This document shows positions 28,203 through 37,456 of a stretch of DNA of 64,000 nt, one piece after another. The stretch covers positions 106,968 through 170,967 of the forward strand of contig VGVQ01000004.1 of NCBI GenBank assembly GCA_016874005.1, written 5' to 3'. Source of the DNA: Gemmatimonadota bacterium. GTDB taxonomy: Bacteria; Gemmatimonadota; Gemmatimonadetes; Gemmatimonadales; GWC2-71-9. The notes beneath the pieces were generated by a model. That model saw only the letters and a program-made list of their open reading frames with translations. It was not told where the DNA came from and ran no database searches. Numbering within the stretch: position 1 is the first letter of the stretch; each line of letters starts with the position of its first letter. Position numbers and translations under genes: made by a program.

Positions 28203-29474
28203 TCAGGGTCCTCCCGTTGCGGGTTCGAGGCGATAGCGACGCCACATGAAGCCCATCCGGCTGGCGGCGACGTGCTGGATCGGGGTCACGATCCCGATCG
28301 ACCCGTCGGCCAGGAAGAGGACCGGAAGGTACTCGCCCGCCGCGTCGCGGGTGCCATCGGGTCCGAATCCCGGCAGCGTGTAGCTCTCGAAGTCGAACGG
28401 CTCGGCCAGCGCGACCGAGGGCGGGCCGCTGTCGGTGACGGCGATCCTGGCGAGGTTGGCGCGCATCGCGGCTCCCTTGCCGGTGATCCAGCTGGCCGCG
28501 AGTTCGCCGTTGCCGCGGGCCACCAGATACGGGTAATACGCGGTGGCGGGCGCGACGGCGATCGGCCACGACTGCCAGGTCCCACCTTTGTCCAGCGATC
28601 TGCCCAACCAGACCGTGGAGTCGACCGCCCAGAACGCGAACAGCGCCCCGGTCGAGTCCCAGGCGAGGGGCTCTACCCAGCGCGGCTGCTCCGGCATCCT
28701 GGGCACCGGCGGGGTGACGGTGGTATCGAAAAGCGGGTACCAGGCGAGCGGCGCGGGCGGGGGGTATCGGCGCCAGGAGGTCCCGCGATCGTCGCTCACC
28801 GCCAGCCCTTCGACGCCGGCATCGAATCGGTTGCCCGACGCCGACATCGGGACGTAGCGGACCGCCACCTCGCCGGCCGGGCCCACCGCCAGGTGGCTGG
28901 AGCCGCCTAACGAGTTCGCCCGCTCGGTTTCGGTCCAGGTCCGGCCGCCATCGGCGCTCAGCGCGTGGGACACGCCCTGGCCGTCGTTCCAGATGGCGTG
29001 AACGGTGCCGTCAGGAGCCACCTCGATCCAGGGCCGGTCGTCTCCGGGCGTCTCCGAGAGGCTGGTCCAGCTCCAGGTCGCCCCGGTGTCCCGACTCGCC
29101 GCCACCCGGATCCCGATGCCCCGGTAGTTGGCCCGATCGAACACCAGCGTGATGAGGTAGACGGTGCCATCCGGCCCGACGGCGAGGTCGATATCGGAAT
29201 TGCCGGCGGCGCCATCGGTGGCCGCGCCGAGGTCCAGTCGCCGCCAGGTCGCGCCGTCGTCGGTGCTCCGGTAGACGGGCGGGATCGGGTCCCAGTAGCC
29301 ACTCACGAAGAGGGCCCCGCTTCGGTGGCGGACCACCATCGGTTCCCGGACCAGCTGGTCGAGGTGGCCGACCGAGTCGACCGCCACGAGCCGGGCGGGC
29401 TCGCTGGGTGGCTTCGCGGTCTGGCATCCACCGTGGATCCCGGCGAGTACGAGCCACCCGAGTCGGCGAGTCAT
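28203..29474 (-). CDS. BNR/Asp-box repeat protein (sialidase-like beta-propeller), lipoprotein
   Basis: Five SxDxGxTW Asp-boxes (STDDGATW, SRDTGATW, SADGGRTW, SDDRGTSW, SLDKGGTW). The N-terminal lipobox-like sequence is IHGGC. Confidence 0.8.
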   Translation of the reverse strand: MTRRLGWLVLAGIHGGCQTAKPPSEPARLVAVDSVGHLDQLVREPMVVRHRSGALFVSGYWDPIPPVYRSTDDGATWRRLDLGAATDGAAGNSDIDLAVGPDGTVYLITLVFDRANYRGIGIRVAASRDTGATWSWTSLSETPGDDRPWIEVAPDGTVHAIWNDGQGVSHALSADGGRTWTETERANSLGGSSHLAVGPAGEVAVRYVPMSASGNRFDAGVEGLAVSDDRGTSWRRYPPPAPLAWYPLFDTTVTPPVPRMPEQPRWVEPLAWDSTGALFAFWAVDSTVWLGRSLDKGGTWQSWPIAVAPATAYYPYLVARGNGELAASWITGKGAAMRANLARIAVTDSGPPSVALAEPFDFESYTLPGFGPDGTRDAAGEYLPVLFLADGSIGIVTPIQHVAASRMGFMWRRYRLEPATGGP

Positions 29475-29555
29475 GGAGTTCCTTGCGATCGACGAGCCTC
29501 GATATTACGGCGCGGGCCTGGCGAAGTCGAGGCGGCGGGGCGATCGCGGCGGCCG

Positions 29556-29831
29556 TCAGTACCGGAACTCCTTGTCGAGCACGAAGACCTTGACGGTTTC
29601 CCTCTTGACGCCGTCCACCGCCATCGCCGCGGCGGTATCGGGGGATTTCAAAATCGCGAACCAGTGATCGAGGTTCGGGGGCTCGGCGTACAGGGCCACC
29701 TCGTTGTCGTCGTTGGTGGCGAAGTACGTCACGGAGGTACCCATGCTCCGAAGCAATTCTCCATGGGTCCGAAACATCGTTTCCCATTTCGCGGAATTCT
29801 CGACCTGCGCCGTGAGGATGATCCGTGCCAT
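29556..29831 (-). CDS. small hypothetical protein (91 aa)
   Basis: Clean ORF with coding-like composition but visibly lower G+C than its neighbours. No motif was recognised. Confidence 0.5.
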   Translation of the reverse strand: MARIILTAQVENSAKWETMFRTHGELLRSMGTSVTYFATNDDNEVALYAEPPNLDHWFAILKSPDTAAAMAVDGVKRETVKVFVLDKEFRY

Positions 29832-30018
29832 GTCGCGCCATCCAGTTCGGGTGAAGGTGATCGGTCGCGCCTAGCGAGAGCTAGACGAGGAGAGCCGTGC
29901 CGCGGCTCATCCGCCTCGCCAAGTTCCGGGCCCGGGGGTCGCTTGTCAAATAGACAGTCGGTGCACCGGCGCCTGGTGGGCGGACCGGAAACCAGGTGAG
30001 GTCGACTCAGCTACGGAG

Positions 30019-30885
30019 CTACTGCCGCGATTCCCCGATCCCGAGCCGCCGCCGCCAGTGATCACACGAGCTGGGCAGCTCACGCTTGGGGAATGGAGCG
30101 AGGTCGTTGCGGTCGTACGGTCGGCCGAATCCGAAGAGCTCGGCGACATTCACGAAACACGACAGCGGTACCGCCGGGAGGAGCATCAACTCGTATCCTT
30201 CCTCGCGTCCCTGCTGCAGCGGCACCAGGAGCATCGTGTTCAGCTCATCGAAAACCCGAGCGAAGCGAAGGGGCCCGGCATCCCACGGGTCGAGGCCGAC
30301 GTCGAACACGATGCCGGCCACGGTGGCCTTGGCCCGCGGCTGATTGGAGGCAATCAGCACCGTGGGTGGCGTCCCGACCAGAGTCGGATTCATCAGAAAG
30401 GGGATGGCGTTGATGGGAAGGTTGATCCTGACGACGGCCGCCGCCGGATGGAGGGCTTGAAGCCGCTCGCCGTTCGAGCTATCCGAGACGAGTTCGAGAT
30501 ACCCGTCCGCCGCGACCCGCTTCCGGCCCCCGCTCACGTCCACGACGATCTTGCCGGCCAGATCGCCGAGGCTGCGGCTGACCTCGACGAGGACCTCTGC
30601 CGGCACCGCGAGGATGATGACGTCGGAGCGGGCGGCCGCCTCGCGCCGATCGGCGGCAGCGGCCTTGGGGCCCGACTGTCGAACCAGGGCGCGGAGATCA
30701 TCGCGGTCGGGGTCGCGGCTCCCGTAGATCACCGGATAGCCGCCTCGACCGATCGCCGGCCCGAAGGTCCCCGCGAGGGTTCCCGTCCCGATCATCGCGA
30801 CGACCGGCTTGTCCTGGGCCTCCGCCGAGCCGTCGAGGCCGGCCAGCCCAACCAGTGCAAACAGAATCAGTGACGTTCTCGTCAT
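30019..30885 (-). CDS. NADP oxidoreductase, coenzyme F420-dependent-like / ProC-like Rossmann protein with an N-terminal signal or anchor
   Basis: MTRTSLILFALVGLAGLDGSAEAQ is followed by VAMIGTGTLAGTFGPAIGRGGYPVIYGSRDP (GxGxxG). The start is taken at the internal ATG 30885. Confidence 0.7.
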   Translation of the reverse strand: MTRTSLILFALVGLAGLDGSAEAQDKPVVAMIGTGTLAGTFGPAIGRGGYPVIYGSRDPDRDDLRALVRQSGPKAAAADRREAAARSDVIILAVPAEVLVEVSRSLGDLAGKIVVDVSGGRKRVAADGYLELVSDSSNGERLQALHPAAAVVRINLPINAIPFLMNPTLVGTPPTVLIASNQPRAKATVAGIVFDVGLDPWDAGPLRFARVFDELNTMLLVPLQQGREEGYELMLLPAVPLSCFVNVAELFGFGRPYDRNDLAPFPKRELPSSCDHWRRRLGIGESRQ

Positions 30886-31025
30886 GGCGTTCTCATGGCT
30901 GACATTGGCACGACATCCGCTCGAGACGACCCCGACAGGAACCTGGCTCAGCCGCCAGCGGATCCTTGAATCGGCGGTAGGCTCCGGGGTGGGTGAAATA
31001 TCGCCGGACACGTCGCCCCGGCCCC

Positions 31026-31964
31026 TCAAGGGTGTCTGGCCAGCGCCTCGTCGAGCATCTTGATCAGGGCGTCGCGGCTGAAGCTGAATTGGTGCTGCTG
31101 GTTCAGCTGAACCATCTCCTCGATCGCCTTCTTGATCGTCACCTCGGCTTGGATCGGTGCCGGGACCACCAGGTACCGCACCTTGGGATTCGGATCGAAC
31201 AGCGCATGCACCGCCGCTCTGGCGACGTCGGTCGGCTCGGGATAGGTGTGGTACCGGCCCATGGCCGCCACCATGTTCTTCATCGGCTGCTCGTACGGCG
31301 TACCCGTTAGGCGCTTGGCGGTCGCCTCCACTTGGGCGACGGTGTTCAGCCCGATCTCGGATTTGTAGTTCCCCGGCTCGATCAGGCTCACCTTCACGCC
31401 GAACCGGCCCAACTCGGCACCGAGGGCGTCGCCGAAAGCCTCGACGGCATGCTTGCTCATGCTGTAGGGCCCGAAGAGCGGCCCGGACAGGATCCCGGAG
31501 ATCGAACTCACCGTGGTGACGCGGCCCTTGGCCTCGATCAACAGCGGGGCGAAGGCCTTGGTCACCCGATACGGCCCGAAGACGTTGACATCGAAGAGAT
31601 TCTGGAGTTCTCGCTCGTCCACTTCGGTGAGCGGTGCCACGATCGCGATCCCGGCGTTGTTGACGAGTCCGTGGAGCCCCTTGCCCGAAGCCCGGACCGT
31701 TTCGACCGCGGCGGCGATGTCGGTGGCCGAGGTGACGTCGAGCTTGATGCCCCGCATGTTCGGCACCCGACCGAGCGCCTCGAGGTCGGCCGCTTTCCGG
31801 GCCCCGGCGAAGACGAAATGCCCCTCGGCGGCCAGTGCCTCGGCAATGGCCCGCCCGATGCCGGTGCTGGCGCCGGTGACGAGCACGGCCTTTCCGGATC
31901 CGGACGGCTGGGCGGCAAGCGAGGGAGCGGTGATTGCCAGCGCGGCAAGGAGCAGTCGTTTCAC
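31026..31964 (-). CDS. short-chain dehydrogenase/reductase (SDR) with an N-terminal signal or anchor
   Basis: MKRLLLAALAITAPSLAAQP is followed by VLVTGASTGIGRAIA (TGxxxGxG) and YSMSKHAVEAF (YxxxK). Confidence 0.88.
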   Translation of the reverse strand: MKRLLLAALAITAPSLAAQPSGSGKAVLVTGASTGIGRAIAEALAAEGHFVFAGARKAADLEALGRVPNMRGIKLDVTSATDIAAAVETVRASGKGLHGLVNNAGIAIVAPLTEVDERELQNLFDVNVFGPYRVTKAFAPLLIEAKGRVTTVSSISGILSGPLFGPYSMSKHAVEAFGDALGAELGRFGVKVSLIEPGNYKSEIGLNTVAQVEATAKRLTGTPYEQPMKNMVAAMGRYHTYPEPTDVARAAVHALFDPNPKVRYLVVPAPIQAEVTIKKAIEEMVQLNQQHQFSFSRDALIKMLDEALARHP

Positions 31965-32347
31965 GAAGACCTCGGGGTCGGTTCGAAGGGAACTGGTCGC
32001 CCTACGGCGGCCGTACGGTTGCCCTGGAAGGTAACGGGGCCAAATGTCTCAGTGTCCTCGAGCGAGGACAACCAGGGGCGGGAAGAGTGCGAGGCGTTGG
32101 TATCCAGATCTGAATCCGAATGCCGGTCTGGCGTCACGCTGGCGAGAAGAGGTCTCCGCCGCCTGGCGCGGTAACCCGCAGCCCGTCAACGATTTGGTCT
32201 TGCCTCGGCGCGAGCTTGGTCACCGGGCGCGACTCGGGTCGGTGAGCGACGTGCGGGCGGGAGCGAAGCGGTATGAAGCTCGCACCGGGGACGAACGGCA
32301 GGGCGGCTCCGCCAACAGGGCGGTCGACTCGGCGACGGGAGGTTCAA

Positions 32348-32962
32348 ATGGCCACCGGAATCGCGCGGCAACTCAACATGGTCGGTCGGGTATGGAATCT
32401 GGTGAGGAGCTACGCCGATGGCTCACCCGCGCGAGGACTGCTGGAGGAGTTCGCGGGGCGGGTTGCCCGGCTCAACGTTCTCGCGGCCGCGCTCGCTTCC
32501 CGGGGCCAGTCGCTCTCCCGGGCCCAGACCGCCTTCGAGCACGCCGAGCGGGAGGTTCGGGTCTGGATGCTGGGACGGCCGGCGACGGCGATCCCGATAC
32601 ACCCGGTTCCCCGCGGCCGGCTGCCGACGCCGGTGGTGATCCGGACCGCCTGGAGCACGCTGGCGGCCGGCCGCCGCTTTGGCGCGGCACGGGCGCGCAT
32701 GAGCGAGGTCGACCTCGAGGTGCTGGCCGATTTGCTGGCCCGCTACGACCTGGCGACGCGGACCCTGCTCCACCGGCGCCTCGAAACGGTGAGCGCGGAA
32801 GCGGAGCTGACCGCGGAACTCGACGCGACGAACGAGCTGCTGGCAGCGCTCGACGAGGCGATCTGCAGCCGGTTTCGAAGCGATCCGGGCCGGTTGATGG
32901 CGTGGGCCCAGGCCCGCCGACTCGGGCCGGGGCTCGGCCCGGAACTGCCGACGGCAGCGTAA
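32348..32962 (+). CDS. hypothetical all-alpha protein (204 aa), no recognisable family
   Basis: GGAGG lies 5 nt upstream of ATG 32348, and third-position G+C is high throughout. The overlapping alternative-frame ORFs are Arg/Pro-rich. Confidence 0.55.
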   Translation: MATGIARQLNMVGRVWNLVRSYADGSPARGLLEEFAGRVARLNVLAAALASRGQSLSRAQTAFEHAEREVRVWMLGRPATAIPIHPVPRGRLPTPVVIRTAWSTLAAGRRFGAARARMSEVDLEVLADLLARYDLATRTLLHRRLETVSAEAELTAELDATNELLAALDEAICSRFRSDPGRLMAWAQARRLGPGLGPELPTAA

Positions 32963-33014
32963 CGTCGCCTCCACCTTCTTGATCGAAGCCTCGGTCATCG
33001 AGGCTGGATCGCCG

Positions 33015-35639
33015 CTAGTCGGCTCGGAGGGCGCGAACCGGGTCGACCCGTCCGGCCCGCCAGCCAGGCATGACCGACGCGATCAGTCCGGCGAGGAGGA
33101 GCGCGCCGGTCGCGGCGAGGTAGCTTGGCAGGTCAGCGGGGGTGACCCCGTAAAGGAACCCGGCAATGCTCCGGGCGAGCAGCGCGGCGCCGGCAAGTCC
33201 ACCGAGCGCTCCGACGATGACCGGCCGCATCCCGCCACCAACGACCTCGGCCACCACCCGGCTCGGGGTAGCGCCTAACGCCAGGCGCACGCCGAACTCG
33301 GCTTGCCTTCGAGCCACCGCGTAGGAGACCACACCATACACCCCGACCGCGCCCAGGGTCACGGCCATTACCGCGAAGAGGCTCAGGAGGAACCGAAGCC
33401 GGAGCGGCTCGGCGAGGCTCGTCTCGATGGCGGCCCCCAGATTGGTCGGCCGATCGATCGCGATTCGGGGGTCGAGGCCGCGGAGCGACCTGGTGATGGC
33501 GGCGAGCGCGGCGTCGGGATCCCCGGAGGCCCGAGCCACGACGTTGACGCCCGGCAACGCGAACGGCAGCTGCTCCATCGGCACGTACATGACGAGGGGG
33601 TTGTCGCCGGTGAGTCGAACCAGGCGCGCTTCTTCCGCGATCCCGACCACGGTCGTCCAAGTGGTGTCGCCGGTGACCCCGGTCCTGATCCGGCGGCCGA
33701 TGGGATCTTGTCCGGGCCAGGCCAGGCGGGCGAAGCCTTCGCTGACGATAGTGACGGCCTGGCCGCCTTGCCGATCGGTCGGCTCGAACCCGCGGCCCCG
33801 CACGATGGCGATGCCGAGCGCGTCGAAGAAAGCCGGGCTGACCGGCCGGAACAGGCTATTGGGACGGTTAGGGCCGTCGAGGTCGGCGCGGCCCTCGATT
33901 TCGACGGGGCCCTGCCAGCCGCCATCGCGCACCGGGAGGCGGCTCACGACGGCGGCGTGAACGATGCCAGGGACGGCGCCTGCCCGCTCGACCGCGTCGC
34001 GGAAAAGCTGCCGGCGGACCTCGCCGGGCATCTCGGACTCCGAGGTCACCAAGGTGACGGCGACGACCCCGGTCGGGTCGAACCCCGGATCGATGGCCGC
34101 CAGCTTGGCCACGGAGCGGACGAACAGTGCCGACCCGGTCGCGAGGATCACCGCGAGGGCCACCTCCACGCCCACCAACACCGGGTGGGCTCGGCCCGGG
34201 CCGCGGCGGAGACCGGGAGACGACCGCTCCCCGGCGATCCCGGCCAAGCGCCCCTGGAGGAGGGCCCTGACCGGGAGCGCGGCGACGAGAAGTCCGACCG
34301 CGATCGAGAGCCCGAAGGCGATCAGGAACCCGGCCCAATCCATTCGGAGGAGGCCACCGAACGTGCCTAACGGCAGGCGGGCCACCAGCACGCCGAACAG
34401 CGAGGCCGCCAGCGTCGCGCCGAGGAGGCCCGCGAGGCTCGAGAGGACCAGCGACTCGGTCACGATTTGGCGAATCAACCGACCCCGTCCGGCGCCGAGG
34501 GCCACCCGGAGGGAGAGCTCGCCGGCGCGGTCGGTGGTCCGGGCGAGGATCAGGGCCGCGGTGTTGGCGCAGGCCATCAGGAGGACCATGGCGACCGCGC
34601 CGAGCAGGAGGAGCAGCACCGGTCGGGCATCGCCGTGGAGATACTGTCGCAAGGTCCTGACGTAGGCTCCCTTGGTCTTGTCCCAGGCCACGGGATATGT
34701 GAACCGCTCGCCCAGCGCCTTGGCCAGCGCGGCGATGTCGCCCGCGACCGCGGGCTCTCCGGCGGCTCGGCTCACCCGCCCGAGCAGGACCAGCCAGCCG
34801 TTGCCCTGGTAGTCGCTCGCCGCGGGGTCGAGCATGAGGGGCCGCCAGGCGCGGAATTCCGGGGCGGGGAAGTAGAACCCCCGCGGCATGACCCCGATCA
34901 CGGTGGTCGGCTCGCCGCCCAGGACGATTCGCCGCCCGACGATATCGGGAGCGCCGCCGAGCTCGTTCTGCCACAGTTGGTGGCTGAGCACGATAGTCGG
35001 TTCGGCGCCGGGGCGGTCTTCGCCGGCTCGGAAGGTCCGGCCGAGCTGGGGGGCGGTTCCAAGCACGTCGAACAACTCGGCGGACACGACCCCGTGCATG
35101 ACCGCGACACCGCCTTGGTCGGTTCGAAGGGTGGCGAGGTCGGTCGAGAACGCGGCCAACCGGTCAAACGCCTGGAGGCGTTCCTTGGCGAAATCGAACT
35201 CGACGCCCCGCCAGTTGTAGTCGCTCCAGAAGACTCGGAGGCCCGCTTCGTCTCGCACCGGCAGGGGGCGGAGCAGAAGACCCCGGGCGACGCTGGCGAT
35301 CGCGACGGTGGCCCCGATCCCGATCGCCAGGGTGACGATTCCGAGCATGGCGCTGCCCGGCCGGCGAAGGAGGTGACGCAAAGTTCTCGCGGCGTCGGTC
35401 CGAGCATCGGCGATCCATCCGACGCCCCACGCGTCGCGGATGGTCTCCCGTTCCCGCGCGAGTCCCCCGAAGCGCCGCTGGGCTTCTCGGCGAGCCTCTT
35501 CGGGGGGAAGCCCCTGCTTCCGCAACTCGTCGGCCTGCATGGCGAGATGAAATCCGATTTCGCGGTCGAGCTCGCGTTCGAAACGTCCGGGGAACAGCGC
35601 GGCCTTGAGCCGGAACCACAGATCGGCGAGGCGGGGCAT
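33015..35639 (-). CDS. ADOP-family duplicated ABC-type permease (two FtsX/MacB-like modules)
   Basis: 874 aa. The N-terminus MPRLADLWFRLKAALFPGRFERELDREIGFHL is characteristic of the family, which is paired with PadR regulators in Acidobacteria. Two 4-TM FtsX-like blocks are separated by large periplasmic domains. Confidence 0.88.
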   Translation of the reverse strand: MPRLADLWFRLKAALFPGRFERELDREIGFHLAMQADELRKQGLPPEEARREAQRRFGGLARERETIRDAWGVGWIADARTDAARTLRHLLRRPGSAMLGIVTLAIGIGATVAIASVARGLLLRPLPVRDEAGLRVFWSDYNWRGVEFDFAKERLQAFDRLAAFSTDLATLRTDQGGVAVMHGVVSAELFDVLGTAPQLGRTFRAGEDRPGAEPTIVLSHQLWQNELGGAPDIVGRRIVLGGEPTTVIGVMPRGFYFPAPEFRAWRPLMLDPAASDYQGNGWLVLLGRVSRAAGEPAVAGDIAALAKALGERFTYPVAWDKTKGAYVRTLRQYLHGDARPVLLLLLGAVAMVLLMACANTAALILARTTDRAGELSLRVALGAGRGRLIRQIVTESLVLSSLAGLLGATLAASLFGVLVARLPLGTFGGLLRMDWAGFLIAFGLSIAVGLLVAALPVRALLQGRLAGIAGERSSPGLRRGPGRAHPVLVGVEVALAVILATGSALFVRSVAKLAAIDPGFDPTGVVAVTLVTSESEMPGEVRRQLFRDAVERAGAVPGIVHAAVVSRLPVRDGGWQGPVEIEGRADLDGPNRPNSLFRPVSPAFFDALGIAIVRGRGFEPTDRQGGQAVTIVSEGFARLAWPGQDPIGRRIRTGVTGDTTWTTVVGIAEEARLVRLTGDNPLVMYVPMEQLPFALPGVNVVARASGDPDAALAAITRSLRGLDPRIAIDRPTNLGAAIETSLAEPLRLRFLLSLFAVMAVTLGAVGVYGVVSYAVARRQAEFGVRLALGATPSRVVAEVVGGGMRPVIVGALGGLAGAALLARSIAGFLYGVTPADLPSYLAATGALLLAGLIASVMPGWRAGRVDPVRALRAD

Positions 35640-35651
35640 CGGGGCTCCTGG

Positions 35652-35984
35652 TCAGACGGTGGCGGTCATGACGCGAGCCACCCCGGCGGCGAGCCGTTCC
35701 CACTGGCTCGTCTCGTGGGCCAGCTGCCTCGCGCCCGCTCTGGTCAGCTCGTAGTAGCGTGCTTGGCGACCATTCTCGGTCTCCGCCCACCAGGAGCGGA
35801 TCCATCCTTCCCGGGTCAGGCGATGGAGGGACGAGTAGAGGGAGCCCTGTTGGGCCCGGAGGGTGTCACCCGAGAGCCGCTGAATCCGCTCGGCGATGCC
35901 CCAACCGTGCATCGGCTCCAGGGAAAGCAACTTCAGGATCAGCATGTCGAGGGTGCCCCTGATGACCCAACTCTCGGTACCCAT
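35652..35984 (-). CDS. PadR family transcriptional regulator
   Basis: 110 aa with the PadR winged-helix pattern LDMLILKLLSLEPMHGWGIAERIQ...GSLYSSLHRLTREGWI. It lies 12 nt upstream of the permease. Confidence 0.92.
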   Translation of the reverse strand: MGTESWVIRGTLDMLILKLLSLEPMHGWGIAERIQRLSGDTLRAQQGSLYSSLHRLTREGWIRSWWAETENGRQARYYELTRAGARQLAHETSQWERLAAGVARVMTATV

Positions 35985-36118
35985 GGGCTTTCCTGTCGGT
36001 TACCGAGAGTAAGATACGTGCCGTGGCGAGAAAGGTTGCAACGGGCCGCGAAGGGTTGGCGGTCGGGGCGGGCTCCTTCGGTGGAGCGCTCGGGTCGGCG
36101 GCGGCCGCAGGCCTGCCG

Positions 36119-37351
36119 TCAACCACGCCGAGGTTGGGCCGAGGCCGCCAGCCGGGCATGCAGCCGGGCGAGCGGCATTCCCTTGCCCCCAGGGAGAATG
36201 TTCCAGCCGTTGAAGACCACGAGAAGGTCTCGTTCCTGGAAGGCCATCGGCAGCTGGCCGCCGAAACCGGACCCCGCCCAGATCAGCTTGGACGGGTCGG
36301 CCGGGTTGGGGTAGAGCCACCACTTGAGTCCGTACTGGGCGCCGCCCGGGCGGTTGCCCACCGGTACCGCCGGGGTGACCGATTGCTTGATCCAGTCGCT
36401 GGCGATGACCCGCCGGCCCTGCCAGACGCCGTCTTGCATGAACAGGTACCACAGTTTGGCCAGATCTTTGGCTTCGAGGTAGAGGCCGCCTTCGGTGTCG
36501 ATCAGTCCGATCGGCGTCCGCTTCCAGAACCACTGGGCGATCCCGAGGGGTCCGAAGAGATGGCGAGCGGCGTACTCCTCGATGTCGACCCCGGTGGCCC
36601 GGCGGAAGATGTGAGCGAGGAGCTGGGTTTCGCCGCTGCTGTAGTTGAAGCTGGTGCCGGGCTCCCGGCCCATCGGGAGGTTGATGGTGTAGCTCACCCA
36701 GTCATGGCTGGCCTCCATGACCACGGCGTTGTTCCGCGGATCGATATACGGGAGATTCTCGTTCCAGTCGATTCCGCCGGTCATCGTGAGGAGGTGGCGG
36801 ATGGTCATCCGGCGTTTCCGATCGTCGACGTTCTGGACCTTGGCTGGATCGAAGAATTGAAGGACCGGGGTGTCGATCCTGGGGAAGTCGCCGCGGGTCA
36901 CCGCGGTGCCGATGACGATCGAGGTTATCGTCTTGGTGACCGACTGGAGGGTGTGCAGTTCGCCTCGCCGATAGGTCGGGTGCCACCAGGGATTGAAATA
37001 GTTGTACGGCCCGGTCAGGTCGCCGGCGTTGAGCGGGTTGTTGACCTTGGCGGAGTCGGCGTAGATCCGGTCGTAGTCCTGGGTGTACCGCTTGTCGACG
37101 ACGATCCGACCGCGGTGGATGACCAGCATCCGATCGATGTATCCGTATTCGCCCCGGTTGATCTCGGCGTCGAGGCTGTCGAAGACCCGGTGGTTGATGC
37201 CGGTCGCGCCTCGGGGAGCTACCGGCCACTGAGCCGTCCGGGCCGCGCCCTGACTGGGTAGCGGCGCGGGCAGGGTTACCACGGCACCGCCGAGCGCCAC
37301 CACTACGAGCCTGAAGCTGAACACGTTCGACCTCGGTCGTGGGAATTTCAC
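36119..37351 (-). CDS. serine hydrolase (class C beta-lactamase / PBP-like family), secreted
   Basis: The SxxK motif is LQSVTKTI. The start is uncertain: GTG 37351 precedes a signal-like segment, while the alternative ATG 37441 adds 30 non-signal residues. Confidence 0.75.
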   Translation of the reverse strand: MKFPRPRSNVFSFRLVVVALGGAVVTLPAPLPSQGAARTAQWPVAPRGATGINHRVFDSLDAEINRGEYGYIDRMLVIHRGRIVVDKRYTQDYDRIYADSAKVNNPLNAGDLTGPYNYFNPWWHPTYRRGELHTLQSVTKTITSIVIGTAVTRGDFPRIDTPVLQFFDPAKVQNVDDRKRRMTIRHLLTMTGGIDWNENLPYIDPRNNAVVMEASHDWVSYTINLPMGREPGTSFNYSSGETQLLAHIFRRATGVDIEEYAARHLFGPLGIAQWFWKRTPIGLIDTEGGLYLEAKDLAKLWYLFMQDGVWQGRRVIASDWIKQSVTPAVPVGNRPGGAQYGLKWWLYPNPADPSKLIWAGSGFGGQLPMAFQERDLLVVFNGWNILPGGKGMPLARLHARLAASAQPRRG

Positions 37352-37456
37352 GGTAGTCTCGCTCCGTTCCGGCGCCGGTGCAACCGCCGGGTTTCGCGGG
37401 CCTGGGCCGCCAGTCGATATTGCCCACCGGGCGTTCACCATCGACTGGGGGATCGG

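Noticed and set aside
32044-32998. ORFs 32044..32982+ and 32423..32998-, which overlap the 204-aa hypothetical gene
   Set aside because: They are Arg/Gly/Pro-rich frames. The 32348 frame has the SD and the most balanced amino-acid composition.
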